Assembly (NCBI GenBank): GCA_964016885.1
Contig: OZ024766.1
Coordinates: 22,134,001 to 22,198,000 of the forward strand
Source of the DNA: Eledone cirrhosa
Taxonomy: Eukaryota
Direction: 5' to 3'
Length of the DNA stretch: 64,000 bases
The position numbers and the translations under genes were made by a program. Shown here in pieces: positions 16,205-30,692 of the stretch (within the stretch, counting starts at the first letter, position 1; every line of letters begins with the position of its first letter). The notes beneath the pieces were generated by a model. It was not told where the DNA came from and made no database searches. It was given only the letters and a program-made list of their open reading frames with translations.

Positions 16205-17498
16205 GACCACACTACACCACACCACTTGACCACCACACTACACCACACCACTTGACCACCACACTACACTACTTGACCACCACACTACACCACACTACAC
16301 CACACCACGAGGCCACCACACTACACCACACTACACCACACCACGAGGCCACCACACTACACCACACTACACCACACCACCACACTACACCACACAACAA
16401 CAACACCACACCACTATCACACCACACCACACCACTATCACACCACACCACGAGGCCACCACACCACACTACACCACACCACGAGGCCACCACACCACAC
16501 TACACCACACCACGAGGCCACCACACCACACTACACCACACCACGAGGCCACCACACCACACTACACCACACCACGAGGCCACAATTTAAATACCTTTCT
16601 CACTATCACACCACCACAGAACTGGACCACCACACCACCACAACAACACCACAAGACCACAAGACACCACACCACTATCACACCACACCACACCACTAGG
16701 CCACCACAAGACACCACAACACCACCACAAGACACCACACCACTATCACACCACAAGACACCACTAGGCCACCACAAGACACCACACTACTATCACACCA
16801 CACCACATTACTACGACGACACCAGGCCACCACACCACCACAGAACTGGACCACCACACCACCACACCACCACACCACCACAACAACAACACCACAAGAC
16901 ACCACACCACTATCACACCACACCACGAGGCCACCACACTACACCACACCACGAGGCCACAATTTAAATATCTTTCTCACAATCACACCACCACATTATT
17001 ACGACGACACCAGACCACCACACCACCACACCACCACACCACACCACCACCACAAGACACCACACCACTATCACACCACACCACTAGGCCACCACTAGGC
17101 CACCACAAGACACCACACCACTATCACACCACACCACGAGGCCACCACACAACGCCACACCACGAGGCCACAATTTAAATATCTTTCTCACTATCACACC
17201 ACCACATTATTACGACGACACCAGACCACCACAACACCACAACACCACCACAAAAACACCACACCACTATCACACCACACCACACCACACCACTAGGCCA
17301 CCACACCACACCACACTACTATCACACCACACCACTAGGCCACCACAAGACACCACACCACTATCACACCACACCACATTACTACGACGACACCAGACCA
17401 CCACACCACCACACCACCACCACCAGACCACCACCACAACAACACCACAGCACACCACACCACACCACTAGGCCACCACACCACTAGGCCACCACCAT
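16205..17498. repeat. (CAC/CACAC)-based complex minisatellite
   Basis: Recurrent caccacaccacgaggccac and aatttaaatatctttctcac subunits. Confidence 0.85.
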
Positions 17499-17517
17499 CC
17501 AAAATATCTCTACTTAC

Positions 17518-17608
17518 CTGTAAAGGGAAGGATAAGTTTTTGAAGCAGGCCCAAGTAGTGTGTGTTGTAGCGTTCCAACAGTAAAGACTGTATGAGGAGC
17601 TCATTCAT
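17518..17608 (-). CDS. Probable first coding exon of the unidentified minus-strand gene: MNELLIQSLLLERYNTHYLGLLQKLILPFT(G/D)
   Basis: accATG at 17608; 30 codons + 1 nt; CAG|GTAAGT donor at 17517. It is a unique-sequence island between repeats, with CpG-rich sequence upstream (17650-18550), and is phase-compatible with exon 627-683. Confidence 0.55.
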
Positions 17609-18654
17609 GGTAGTGGTGGTGGTGGTGGTGGTGGTGGTGGTGGTGGTGGTGGTGGGGCAGGGCCGGGGGGCGCGGGCGGGAGGGGGGGGGGGTAGGAGCG
17701 GCGGCGTGGTGGCGCCGGCGGGGCTGGAGCGGCTGCGTGGTGGTGGCCTGTGTGGTGGGTAAGTGATGTAAAGTGCTGTGGGTGGTGGTGGTGGTGGCGG
17801 TGGCGGTGGTGGCGGTGGTGTGGTGGAGACAGGAGACAGTGGTAGTGGCGGCGTGTTGGGTGCTGGGTGAGTGATGTAAAGCGGTGGTGGCGGTGGTGGT
17901 GGTGGTGGTGGGGTGTAAGGTTATGTGGTAGCAACCATAGTTTTGATGATGGAGATGGTGGTGGTGGTAGTGATGGAGATGGTGGTGGTGGTGGTGGTAG
18001 TGGTAGTGATGGAGATGGTGGTGGTGGTGGTGGTAGTGGTAGTGATGGAGATGGTGGTGGTGGTGGTGGTGGAGATGGTGGTGGTGGTGGTGGTGGAGAT
18101 GGTGGTGGTGGTGGTGGTAGTGATGGAAATGGTGGTGGTGTAAGGGGGTGGTGGTGGTGGAGATGGTGGTGGTGGGGTGGGGGTGGAGAGGCGGCGTGGC
18201 GGTGGTGTAAGGGGGTGGAGGGTGCAGTGGTGGTGGTGGAGTCTTGCTTTCTTAGTTTTGATGGAGATAATGATGGTGGTGGTGGTGGAGATGGTGGGTA
18301 GGGATGGTGTTGGAGCGGCGGCGTGGCGGGTGGAGGTGGGATGGGGGTGGGGGATAGTATAGGGTGGGTGGGCGTGGGGGCTGTGGTGGAGGCGGCGGCG
18401 GCGGCGGCGTGGTGGTGGTGGTGGTGAAGTCTCTCTAAGTGATGAAAAGTTTGGTAGCTTTCACAGTTTTGTTGGAGGTGGCGGCGGCGGTGGTGTTAGT
18501 GGCGGCGGCGGTGATGGAGCGCCGGCGCGGCGGTGCGGGGTGGGGGATAGAGTAAGGGGTTGTGGTGGTGGTGGTGGTGGTGGTAACAGCAGCGAGCCCT
18601 TACTTAACACCTAACACCACCGCCACTACCACCACACCCTCTTCCATCTAGTAC

Positions 18655-19705
18655 CACCACCGTCACCACCATCTCTACTACACCACCACCGCCACCACCA
18701 CCATCATCTCTACTACACCACCACCATCTCTACTACATCACCACCACCACCATCACCATCTCTACACCACCACCATCATCTCTACTACACCACCACCACC
18801 ATCTCTACTACATCACCACCACCACCATCATCTCTACTACATCACCACCACCACCACCATCATCTCTACTACATCACCACCACCACCACCACCACCACCA
18901 CCATCTCTACACCACCACCACCACCATCATCTCTACTACATCACCACCACAACCACCACCACCACCATCTCTACTACACCACCACCACCATCACCATCTC
19001 TACTACACCACCACCACCACCACCATCTCTACTACACCACCACCACCATCACCATCTCTACTACACCACCACCACCACCACCATCTCTACTACACCACCA
19101 CCACCATCACCATCTCTACTACACCACCACCACCATCACCATCTCTACTACACCACCACCACCACCACCATCTCTACTACACCACCACCACCATCACCAT
19201 CTCTACTACACCACCACCACCACCACCATCTCTACTACACCACCACCACCATCACCATCTCTACTACACCACCACCACCACCACCATCTCTACTACACCA
19301 CCACCACCATCACCATCTCTACTACACCACCACCACCATCACCATCTCTACTACACCACCACCACCATCACCATCTCTACTACACCACCACCACCATCAC
19401 CATCTCTACTACACCACCACCACCACATCATCTCTATTACACCACCACCACCATCACCATCTCTACTACACCACCACCACCATCACCATCTCTACTACAC
19501 CACCACCACCATCACCATCTCTACTACACCACCACCACCATCACCATCTCTACTACACCACCACCACCACCATCATCTCTACTACATCACAACCACCACC
19601 ACCACCATCTCTACTACATCACAACCACCACCATCACCATCTCTACTACACCACCACCACCACATCATCTCTATTACACCACCACCACACCACCACCACC
19701 ACCAC
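18655..19705. repeat. ~27-bp minisatellite (accaccaccaccatcaccatctctactac)
   Basis: Directly visible tandem units. Confidence 0.9.
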
Positions 19706-19779
19706 TGTCATCACTACACTACCAGCATCTCTGTGTCAGCAGGCACAACTTCATCACTGTATATATATATATATATAAA

Positions 19780-19823
<44 letters not shown>

Positions 19824-19826
19824 TAT

Positions 19827-19859
<33 letters not shown>

Positions 19860-20043
19860 AATATGTGTGTGTGTGTATATATATATATACACACACACAC
19901 ACACATATAATTATATATATATATATATGTGTGTGTATATATGTGTATATATATATATATATACACACATATATATATATATATGGCTGTATGAGATAGA
20001 AATATGTTGGTATGCGTGTATAAATATGTATGGGTGGGAGTGC

Positions 20044-20086
<43 letters not shown>

Positions 20087-20457
20087 CATGTATGTATATA
20101 TATATATATACACACATGTATGTTTATATATATATATATACACACACATACATATATATATACATACATGTATATATATATATATATATACACATATATA
20201 TATATATATATACACATATATATACACATATATACATATATATATACATATATATATACATATATATACACATATATATATATATATATATACACCTATA
20301 TACACATATATACACATATATACACATATATACACATATATACAGCGATCTAGACTAGGTGAGGCTTCCTTTACTATAAACCAATGACTTTCTACTTGGT
20401 AAAAGTTTGGTAATAGGATCTGGGTTTGCCTGGATGGCGGGGGGGGGGGGGGGGGAA

Positions 20458-23400
20458 GATGGTTGGATGGTGGAATGGTAAGATGGTGGAATGGTAAGAT
20501 GGTTGTATAATAGTGTGGTGGGGTGGTATGATGGTTGGATGGTTAAATGGTAGTGTGGTGGGGGGTGATGGAATGGTTAGATGGTGAGGCAATGTGTTGG
20601 ATGATGGTATGGTAAGATGGTGGAATGGTAAGATGGTGGAATGGTAAGATGGTGGAATGGTAAGATGGTTGTATAATAGTGTGGTGGGGTGGTATGATGG
20701 TTGGATGGTTAAATGGTAGTGTGGTGGGGGGTGATGGAATGGTTAGATGGTGAGGCAATGTGTTGGATGATGGTATGGTAAGATGGTGGAATGGTAAGAT
20801 GGTGGAATGGTAAGATGGTGGAATGGTAAGATGGTGGAATGGTAAGATGGTGGAATGGTAAGATGGTTGTATAATAGTGTGGTGGGGTGGTATGATGGTT
20901 GGATGGTTAAATGGTAGTGTGGTGGGGGGTGATGGAATGGTTAGATGGTGAGGCAATGTGTTGGATGGTGGAATGGTAAGATGGTGGGATGGTAAGATGG
21001 TTGTATAATAGTGTGGTGGGGTGGTATGATGGTGGAGTGGCAGGATGGTTGGATGGTTGGATGGTGAAATGGTAGTGTGGTGGGGGTGATGGAATGGTTA
21101 GATGGTGGAATGGTAAGATGGTGGAATGGTAAGATGGTGAGGCAATGTGTTGGCTGGTGGAGTGGTAAAATGGTTGTATAATAGTGTGGTGGGGTGGTAT
21201 GATGGTGGGGTGGCTGGATGGTTGGATGGTGAAATGGTAGTGTGGTGGGGGTGAGGCAATGGTTAGATGGTGAGGCAATGTGTTGGATGGTGGAATGGTA
21301 AGATGGTTGTATAATAGTGTGGTGGGGTGGTATGATGGTGGAATGGCAGGATGGTTGGATGGTTGGATGGTTGGATGGTAGTGTGGTGGGGGGTGATGGA
21401 ATGGTTAGATGGTGAGGCAATGTGTTGGATGATGGTATGGTAAGATGGTGGAATGGTAAGATGGTTGTATAATAGTGTGGTGGGGTGGTATGATGGTTGG
21501 ATGGTTAAATGGTAGTGTGGTGGGGGGTGATGGAATGGTTAGATGGTGAGGCAATGTGTTGGATGGTGGAATGGTAAGATGGTGGAATGGTAAGATGGTG
21601 GAATGGTAAGATGGTTGTATAATAGTGTGGTGGGGTGGTATGATGGTTGGATGGTTGGATGGTGAAATGGTAGTGTGGTGGGGGTGATGGAATGGTTAGA
21701 TGGTGAGGCAATGTGTTGGATGGTGGAATGGTAAGATGGTGGAATGGTAAGATGGTTGTATAATAGTGTGGTGGGGTGGTATGATGGTTGGATGGTTAAA
21801 TGGTAGTGTGGTGGGGGGTGATGGAATGGTTAGATGGTGAGGCAATGTGTTGGATGGTGGAATGGTAAGATGGTGGAATGGTAAGATGGTTGTATAATAG
21901 TGTGGTGGGGTGGTATGATGGTGGAATGGCAGGATGGTTGGATGGTTGGATGGTGAAATGGTAGTGTGGTGGGGGTGAGGCAATGGTTAGATGGTGAGGC
22001 AATGTGTTGGATGGTAGAATGGTATGATGGTGGAATGGTAAGATGGTTGTATAATAGTGTGGTGGGGTGGTATGATGGTGGAATGGCAGGATGGTTGGAT
22101 GGTTGGATGGTTGGATGGTAGTGTGGTGGGGGGTGATGGAATGGTTAGATGGTGAGGCAATGTGTTGGATGGTGTAATGGTAAGATGGTGGAATGGTAAG
22201 ATGGTTGTATAATAGTGTGGTGGGGTGGTATGATGGTTGGATGGTTAAATGGTAGTGTGGTGGGGGGTGATGGAATGGTTAGATGGTGAGGCAATGTGTT
22301 GGATGGTGGTATGGTAAGATGGTGGAATGGTAAGATGGTTGTATAATAGTGTGGTGGGGTGGTATGATGGTTGGATGGTTAAATGGTAGTGTGGTGGGGG
22401 GTGATGGAATGGTTAGATGGTGAGGCAATGTGTTGGATGGTGGAATGGTAAGATGGTGGGATGGTAAGATGGTTGTATAATAGTGTGGTGGGGTGGTATG
22501 ATGGTTGGATGGTTGGATGGTGAAATGGTAGTGTGGTGGGGGTGATGGAATGGTTAGATGGTGAGGCAATGTGTTGGATGGTGGAATGGTAAGATGGTGG
22601 GATGGTAAGATGGTTGTATAATAGTGTGGTGGGGTGGTATGATGGTTGGATGGTTGGATGGTGAAATGGTAGTGTGGTGGGGGTGATGGAATGGTTAGAT
22701 GGTGAGGCAATGTGTTGGATGGTGTAATGGTAAGATGGTGGAATGGTAAGATGGTTGTATAATAGTGTGGTGGGGTGGTATGATGGTTGGATGGTTAAAT
22801 GGTAGTGTGGTGGGGGGTGATGGAATGGTTAGATGGTGAGGCAATGTGTTGGATGGTGGAATGGTATGATGGTGGGATGGTAAGATGGTTGTATAATAGT
22901 GTGGTGGGGTGGTATGATGGTTGGATGGTTGGATGGTGAAATGGTAAGATGGTGGAATGGTAAGATGGTTGTATAATAGTGTGGTGGGGTGGTATGATGG
23001 TTGGATGGTTAAATGGTAGTGTGGTGGGGGTGATGGAATGGTTAGATGGTGAGGCAATGTGTTGGATGGTGTAATGGTAAGATGGTTGTATAATAGTGTG
23101 GTGGGGTGGTATGATGGTGGAATGGTAAGATGGTGGAATGGTATGATGGTGGAATGGTAAGATGGTGGAATGGTATGATGGTTGGATGGTTGGATGGTAG
23201 TGTGGTGGGGGGTGATGGAATGGTTAGATGGTGAGGCAATGTGTTGGATGGTAGAATGGTATGATGGTGGAATGGTAAGATGGTTGTATAATAGTGTGGT
23301 GGGGTGGTATGATGGTGGGGTGGCAGGATGGTTGGATGGTTGGATGGTAGTGTGGTGGGGGGTGATGGAATGGTTAGATGGTGAGGCAATGTGTTGGATG

Positions 23401-24318
23401 GTGGAATGGTATGATGGTGGAATGGTAAGATGGTTGTATAATAGTGTGGTGGGGTGGTATGATGGTGGAATGGCAGGATGGTTGGATGGTTGGATGGTAG
23501 TGTGGTGGGGGGTGATGGAATGGTTAGATGGTGAGGCAATGTGTTGGATGGTGGAATGGTAAGATGGTGGAATGGTAAGATGGTTGTATAATAGTGTGGT
23601 GGGGTGGTATGATGGTGGAATGGCAGGATGGTTGGATGATTGGATGGTAGTGTGGTGGGGGTGATGGAATGGTTAGATGGTGGAATGGTAAGATGGTGGA
23701 ATGGTAAGATGGTGAGGCAATGTGTTGGCTGGTGGAGTGGTAAAATGGTTGTATAATAGTGTGGTGGGGTGGTATGATGGTGGGGTGGCTGGATGGTTGG
23801 ATGGTGAAATGGTAGTGTGGTGGGGGTGAGGCAATGGTTAGATGGTGAGGCAATGTGTTGGATGGTGGAATGGTAAGATGGTTGTATAATAGTGTGGTGG
23901 GGTGGTATGATGGTGGAATGGCAGGATGGTTGGATGGTTGGATGGTTGGATGGTAGTGTGGTGGGGGGTGATGGAATGGTTAGATGGTGAGGCAATGTGT
24001 TGGATGGTGGTATGGTAAGATGGTGGAATGGTAAGATGGTTGTATAATAGTGTGGTGGGGTGGTAAGATGGTTGGATGGTTGGATGGTTAAATGGTAGTG
24101 TGGTGGGGGGTGATGGAATGGTTAGATGGTGAGGCAATGTGTTGGATGGTGGAATGGTAAGATGGTGGGATGGTAAGATGGTGGAATGGTAAGATGGTTG
24201 TATAATAGTGTGGTGGGGTGGTATGATGGTTGGATGGTTAAATGGTAGTGTGGTGGGGGGTGATGGAATGGTTAGATGGTGAGGCAATGTGTTGGATGGT
24301 GGAATGGTATGATGGTTA
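20458..24318. repeat. GG-rich higher-order satellite (ATGGT/GGAAT subunits, ~140-180 bp variable macro-unit)
   Basis: Recurrent landmarks gttgtataatagtgtggtgggg and gatggtgaggcaatgtgttggatg throughout ~3.9 kb. Confidence 0.9.
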
Positions 24319-24433
24319 GTTGATGATCAGTGAAATAAAAACAAATGTACCATCTCCAACCATCCAGGAAGATCCAACCGTTAAGGTTGTCCCTTTTCAG
24401 GGTATGTCAATATTTATTTATAAAACTAATCTG

Positions 24434-24508
24434 TATTGTATTTTATCTGATGAAAGCGCACCATAATTTGCCTTGGTGGCCCTTGAAATATGTATAATAA
24501 AATAAATA
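24434..24508 (+). ncRNA. Minimal type I hammerhead ribozyme motif (family A)
   Basis: Stem I tattttat/ataaaata is perfect; CTGATGA 24447-24453; stem II aag..cacca/tggtg..ctt (covaries with agg/cct at 7452); GAAA 24485-24488; AUA cleavage predicted after 24496. Confidence 0.7.
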
Positions 24509-24887
24509 TAGTTTTATAAATACAGGTTTCCATTTGTTAATATATTGTATATATATATATTGTATATATATATATATATTGTATATATATATATATATAG
24601 TATATATATATATTGTATATATATATATTGTATATATATATATATATATATATAGTATATATATATATTGTATATATATATATATTGTATATATATATAT
24701 TGTATATATATATAGTATATATATTGTATATATATATATAGTATATATATATATTGTATATATATATATATTGTATATATATATATTGTATATATATATA
24801 GTATATATATATATATTGTATATATATATATTGTATATATATATAGTATATATATTGTATATATATATATAGTATATATATATATAG

Positions 24888-26466
24888 TATATGCGCATGA
24901 AAGATGACAGCTGTATAAAAAAGTGCAGGGCAATAAAGATAGACGGTAGCCACGGGGTAGGCAGACCCAGAAAAACCTGGGATGACTTGATAAATTCCGA
25001 CCTCACACACTTACACCTCTCCAAGACAATGTCACTGGACCGAGACCTTTGGCGCTACACAGTAATAGAGAAGACCCGCCTTGCCTAAGTACAAAGTGAA
25101 ACCTACTACAGTCAGTAGGCACCTCTAACAGAAATACACCCCTGTCCCACTACCCCCACCCCATCCACACCACCCCTTTAAATGTAAAGTTATGTTGGTA
25201 CCACAACATCCAGCCCGAAACAAATGAGATCGTGTAGGTGTCACGACAAAAAAAACACGCAGTCCACGCTGTAATGTGGCCATGTAGGTAACACGGTAAA
25301 AACCTCCCAGTCCACACTGTAAACGTGGTTGGTGTTAGGAAGGGCATCCAGCCGTAGAAAACCCGCCAGACGTGTAGGTGTCACGACAAAAAAAACACGC
25401 AGTCCACGCTGTAATGTGGCCGTGTAGGTAACACGGTAAAAACCTCCCAGTCCACACTGTAAACGTGGTTGGTGTTAGGAAGGGCATCCAGCCGTAGAAA
25501 ACCCGCCAGACGTGTAGGTGTCACGACAAAAAAACACGCAGTCCACGCTGTAATGTGGCCGTGTAGGTAACACGGTAAAAACCTCCCAGTCCCACACTGT
25601 AAACGTGGTTGGTGTTAGGAAGGGCATCCAGCCGTAGAAAACCCGCCAGACGTGTAGGTGTCACGACAAAAAAACACGCAGTCCACGCTGTAATGTGGCC
25701 GTGTAGGTAACACGGTAAAAACCTCCCAGTTCCACACTGTAAATGAGGTTGGTGTTAGGAAGGGCATCCAGCCGTAGAAAACCCGCCAGACGTGTAGGTG
25801 TCACGACAAAAAAACACGCAGTCCACGCTGTAATGTGGCCGTGTAGGTAACACGGTAAAAACCTCCCAGTTCCACACTGTAAATGAGGTTGGTGTTAGGA
25901 AGGGCATCCAGCCGTAGAAAACCCGCCAGACGTGTAGGTGTCACGACAAAAAAACACGCAGTCCACGCTGTAATGTGGCCGTGTAGGTAACACGGTAAAA
26001 ACCTCCCAGACGCACACACTGTAAACGTGGTTGGTGTTAGGAAGGGCATCCAGCCGTAGAAAACCCGCCAGACGTGTAGGTGTCACGACAAAAAAACACG
26101 CAGTCCACGCTGTAATGTGGCCGTGTAGGTAACACGGTAAAAATCTCCCAGTCCCACACTGTAAACGTGGTTGGTGTTAGGAAGGGCATCCAGCCGTAGA
26201 AAACCCACCAGACATGTAGGTGTCACGACAAAATCACACAGTCCACGCTGTAATGTGGCCGTGTAGGTAACACGGTAAAAACCTCCCAGACCCACACTGT
26301 AAACGAGGTTGGTGTTAGGAAGGGCATCCAGCCGTAGAAATCAAGCCAGAATCAGTTCCCGTATGAGCAAGACAAGGCCAGCCGACCGGACACTGCCCAC
26401 AACAGGACAACCCGTCTAACCCATGCTAGCGTGGAAGAACGGACGTAAAACGGTGATGATGATGAT
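24888..26466 (+). mobile_element. RTE-like LINE (second family): ORF C-terminus + long 3' UTR with ~8 copies of a 140-bp unit + (ATG)n tail
   Basis: MRMKDDSCIKKCRAIKIDGSHGVGRPRKTWDDLINSDL...DRDLWR (24891-25088); the 140-bp period is visible at 25231, 25371, 25511, 25651, 25791 and 25931. Confidence 0.8.
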
Positions 26467-26497
26467 ATATATATATATATAGTAATAATACTAAATT

Positions 26498-26547
<50 letters not shown>

Positions 26548-26871
26548 CACATACATACATATATATATAGTGTAATGTGTGTATATAAGGAAAATAAAGA
26601 ACTCCCTCCAAAACTTTAACGGGAACCGAAAGTATGTTAAGTGTATGGGGGTTGGGGTTAAAACTCTTGGAGGACAGCAGACATATGTGTGGGTGTATAT
26701 ATATATATGCATGTGTGTATATATATATATATATACGTGTGTGTATATAATTACACTTAGAGAGAAACAGTGTCCCATTATTTTCAATTCCGCGCCAAAA
26801 ATATTAGTCATAGTAATTGTAACTACATGGGTGTGTATATATGTGTGTATATATATATATATATATACATG

Positions 26872-26947
<76 letters not shown>

Positions 26948-26995
26948 CAATGGTCCTTTTTATCCTTTCCATATATATATATATATATATGTATG

Positions 26996-27032
<37 letters not shown>

Positions 27033-27073
27033 GATATATGTATATATATATATATATATACACATTTATATAC

Positions 27074-27108
<35 letters not shown>

Positions 27109-27147
27109 CATTTATATACATATATATATATATATATACATTTATAT

Positions 27148-27178
<31 letters not shown>

Positions 27179-27187
27179 AATTTATAT

Positions 27188-27225
<38 letters not shown>

Positions 27226-27288
27226 TTATATACATATATATATATAAATATATATATATGTATATAAATGTATATACTTATATGTGCT

Positions 27289-27325
<37 letters not shown>

Positions 27326-27574
27326 CCATTATATATATATATATATATACACCCATTATATATATATATATACACCCATTATATATATATATATACACCC
27401 ATTATATACATATATATACACCCATTATATACATATATATACACCCATTATATACATATATACACACACAGTCCAGAGATGACATCAGTGAAGCTGTGCT
27501 GTTAAGGGTGGGGGGAGGTGTGAATATATCTTCTGTTGTCTTAAACTGGAATACCGGATGTGACCTCCTAGATG

Positions 27575-28425
27575 GCGCTGGTGGTGGTGTGGTGGTGGTG
27601 TGGTGGTGGTGGTGTGGTGGTGTGGTGGTGGTGGTGGTGGTGTGGTGGTGGTGGTGGTGGTGGTGTGGTGGTGGTGGTGGTGGTGGTGGTGTGGTGGTGT
27701 GGGTGGTGTGGTGTTGTGGTGTAGTGTGGTGTGTGGTGGTGTGGTGTGGTGTGGTGCTGTGTGGTGGGTGGTGGTGGTGTGGTTGTGGCGGTGGTGGTGT
27801 GGTGTGGCGCTGGTGGTGGTGTGGTGGTGGTGGTGGTGTGGTGGTGGTGGCGCTGGTGGTGGTGTAGTGGTGGTGGTGGTGTGGTGGTGTGGTGGTGGCG
27901 GTGGTGGTGTGGTGGTGGTGTGGTGGTGGTGGTGTGGTGGTGGTGGTGTGGTGGTGGTGTGGTGGTGGTGGTGTGGTGGTGGTGTAGTGGTAGTGTGGTG
28001 GTGGTGGTGGTGGTGGTGTGGTGGTGGTGGTGTAGTGGTGGTGGTGGTGGTGGTGGTGTAGTGGTGGCGGTGGTGGTGGTGTAGTGGTGGTGGTGGTGGT
28101 GGTGGTGGTGGCGGTGGTGGTGGTGGTGGTGGTGGTGGTGGTGGTGTGGTGGTGGTGGTGGTGGTGGTGGTGGTGGTGGTGGTGGTGTGTGGTTGTGGTG
28201 GTGTGGTGGTGGTGTGGTGGTGGTGGTGGTGTGGTGGTGGTGGTGTGGTGGTGGTGGTGTGGTGGCGTGGTGGTGTGGTGGTGTGGTGGTGGTGGTGGTG
28301 GTGATGGTATGGTGGTGGCGGTGGTGGTGTGGTGGTGGCGGTGTGGTGGTGTAGTAATGGTGGGGTGGTAGTGGTGGTGGTGGTGGTAGTGGTTATAGTG
28401 ATGGCGGTTGTGTAATGGTGGTGGT
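27575..28425. repeat. (GGT)n/(GGTGT) microsatellite
   Basis: Directly visible. Confidence 0.95.
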
Positions 28426-28473
28426 GTTTAGCTATTTCTAATTCAGCGCCAAAAAGACACTCATTATATATAC

Positions 28474-28514
<41 letters not shown>

Positions 28515-28633
28515 CATGGATGTATATATATATATATATATATACATCCATGTATATATATATATAAATATATATAACGGCGATGAATTAGTTTTGCAAG
28601 GTTTTTGATATGAAATCGTGTGTCTAAACAAAT

Positions 28634-28807
28634 ATAGTTATACTTGGGGAGGGTCATATTGTTATACTTGGGGAGGGTCATATTGTTATACTTGGGGAGG
28701 GTCATATTGTTATACTTGGGGAGGGTCATATTGTTATACTTGGGGAGGGTCATATTGTTATACTTGGGGAGGGTCATATTGTTATACTTGGGGAGGGTCA
28801 TATTGTT
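28634..28807. repeat. 24-bp minisatellite x7 (tattgttatacttggggagggtca)
   Basis: Tandem copies; single-copy versions of the unit occur at ~32410 and ~33572. Confidence 0.9.
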
Positions 28808-29042
28808 GTAATAATATTGCCAGAATTAACAACAGAACACACTCACTGTTTGGTTGGTTTTCGCTTCTGTGTCTTTTATATCAGTTAATTTAATTTATTC
28901 GGTCCTCAATGTTGCCATTGGCTGACCAACGGTCAAAAATACAGATACAATATAGACACAAACACATATATAGTCTAACAAAGTTCTTTCGTTGCACATC
29001 TGCAACATCGTCAGTTGTGTTATTGTTTCCTCCCGTTGCATT

Positions 29043-29802
29043 GGAGGACGACAAGGTCTCTTCAGAAGCCCTCTACATTCCAGAACCACATCATGTGACT
29101 TATGACTGGCCAGTGGCTCAGTGAGCAGGTCTTGACTGTGTTAATAGGACGAGGACAAGGTCACTTCAGAAGCTCTCTACATCCCAGAACCACATCATGT
29201 GACTTATGACTGGCCAGTGGCTCAGTGAGCAGGTCTTGACTGTGTTAATTGGACGAGGACAAGGTCACTTCAGAAGCCCTCTACATTCCAGAACCACATC
29301 ATGTGACTTATGACTGGCCAGTGGCTCAGTGAGCAGGTTTTGACTGTGTTAATTGGACGAGGACAAGGTCACTTCAGAAGCCCTCTACATTCCAGAACCA
29401 CATCATGTGACTTATGACTGGCCAGTGGCTCAGTGAGCAGGTTTTGACTGTGTTAATTGGACGAGGACAAGGTCACTTCAGAAGCCCTCTACATCCCAGA
29501 ACCACATCATGTGACTTATGACTGGCCAGTGGCTCAGTGAGCAGGTCTTGACTGTGTTAATTGGACGAGGACAAGGTCACTTCAGAAGCCCTCTACATCC
29601 CAGAACCACATCATGTGACTTATGACTGGCCAGTGGCTCAGTGAGCAGGTTTTGACTGTGTTAATTGGACGAGGACAAGGTCACTTCAGAAGCTCTCTAT
29701 ATCCCAGAATCACATCATGAGACTTATGACTGGCCAGCAGCTCAGTGGGCAGGTCTTGACTGTGTTAATAGGACGAGGACAAGGTCACTTCAGAAGCTCT
29801 CT
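29043..29802. repeat. 104-bp tandem repeat, ~7.3 copies
   Basis: ggacgaggacaaggtcacttcagaagc recurs at 29147, 29251, 29355, 29459, 29563, 29667 and 29771. Confidence 0.9.
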
Positions 29803-30212
29803 CTGCAGATGATCAATGCAAATTGACAATGGAAAGGAGTTCCCGCTCGAGTTAGAAGAGAACTATTGACCTTCAGGAGAAGCAGGGACCCCTGATTGTA
29901 TTCAGCAACTGAAACAATTATGAAGTAGACCAAGTCCAACGCTCCTAGGGGCGGCCATGTTTCTTTTTATTTGCGAGTATAAACTCAGCCAGATTAGATT
30001 AGATTCTCGACAAGATGAACAGAACTTTGCAGCACTTCATTTCAAATCTTTAATTTTTAATTCTTATTAAATCTTTTCATCCTTGCAAGCAGGGAAAAGC
30101 AGACGTAAAATGATGATGATGATATATATGTATATATGTATACATATATACACATATATATATATGTATGTACATATATATGTATGGATACTCAATAACG
30201 AGGGGGCAGCTA

Positions 30213-30282
<70 letters not shown>

Positions 30283-30692
30283 ATATATATATATATATAC
30301 ATATATATATGTATACATGTATGTATATATATGTACATATATGTATATATGTATTTATATATGTATCCATATGTCTGTATATATATACAAACAAACACAC
30401 ACACACAGAAAAGTTTTAATGCCTTCTCTCTATTGTTCAACTCAAGAACTTACTCAGAGTTCATAGCAGATGTCACCAGATGTCACCAGATGTGTTTAGA
30501 TGTCCTCAGTAAATATATTTTTTATGGTTTCAATTGAACGATAAACTAACCTTATTAAATGTACTACATATATACATATATATATTTATTAAAATAACAG
30601 ATTAAAGTTTAAGCAAAGAATCGCTGCTTTCACCCTTAACGGGATCTTCTGAAACTCTGAGTTGCCAGTTTAGTCGCCAACAACCCGACCAT

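Noticed and set aside
26760-28465. Similar peptides on - (NIFGAELKI ~26800; CLFGAELEI ~28450)
   Set aside because: Too short and lacking splice support; probably fragments of a repeat that I cannot assign.
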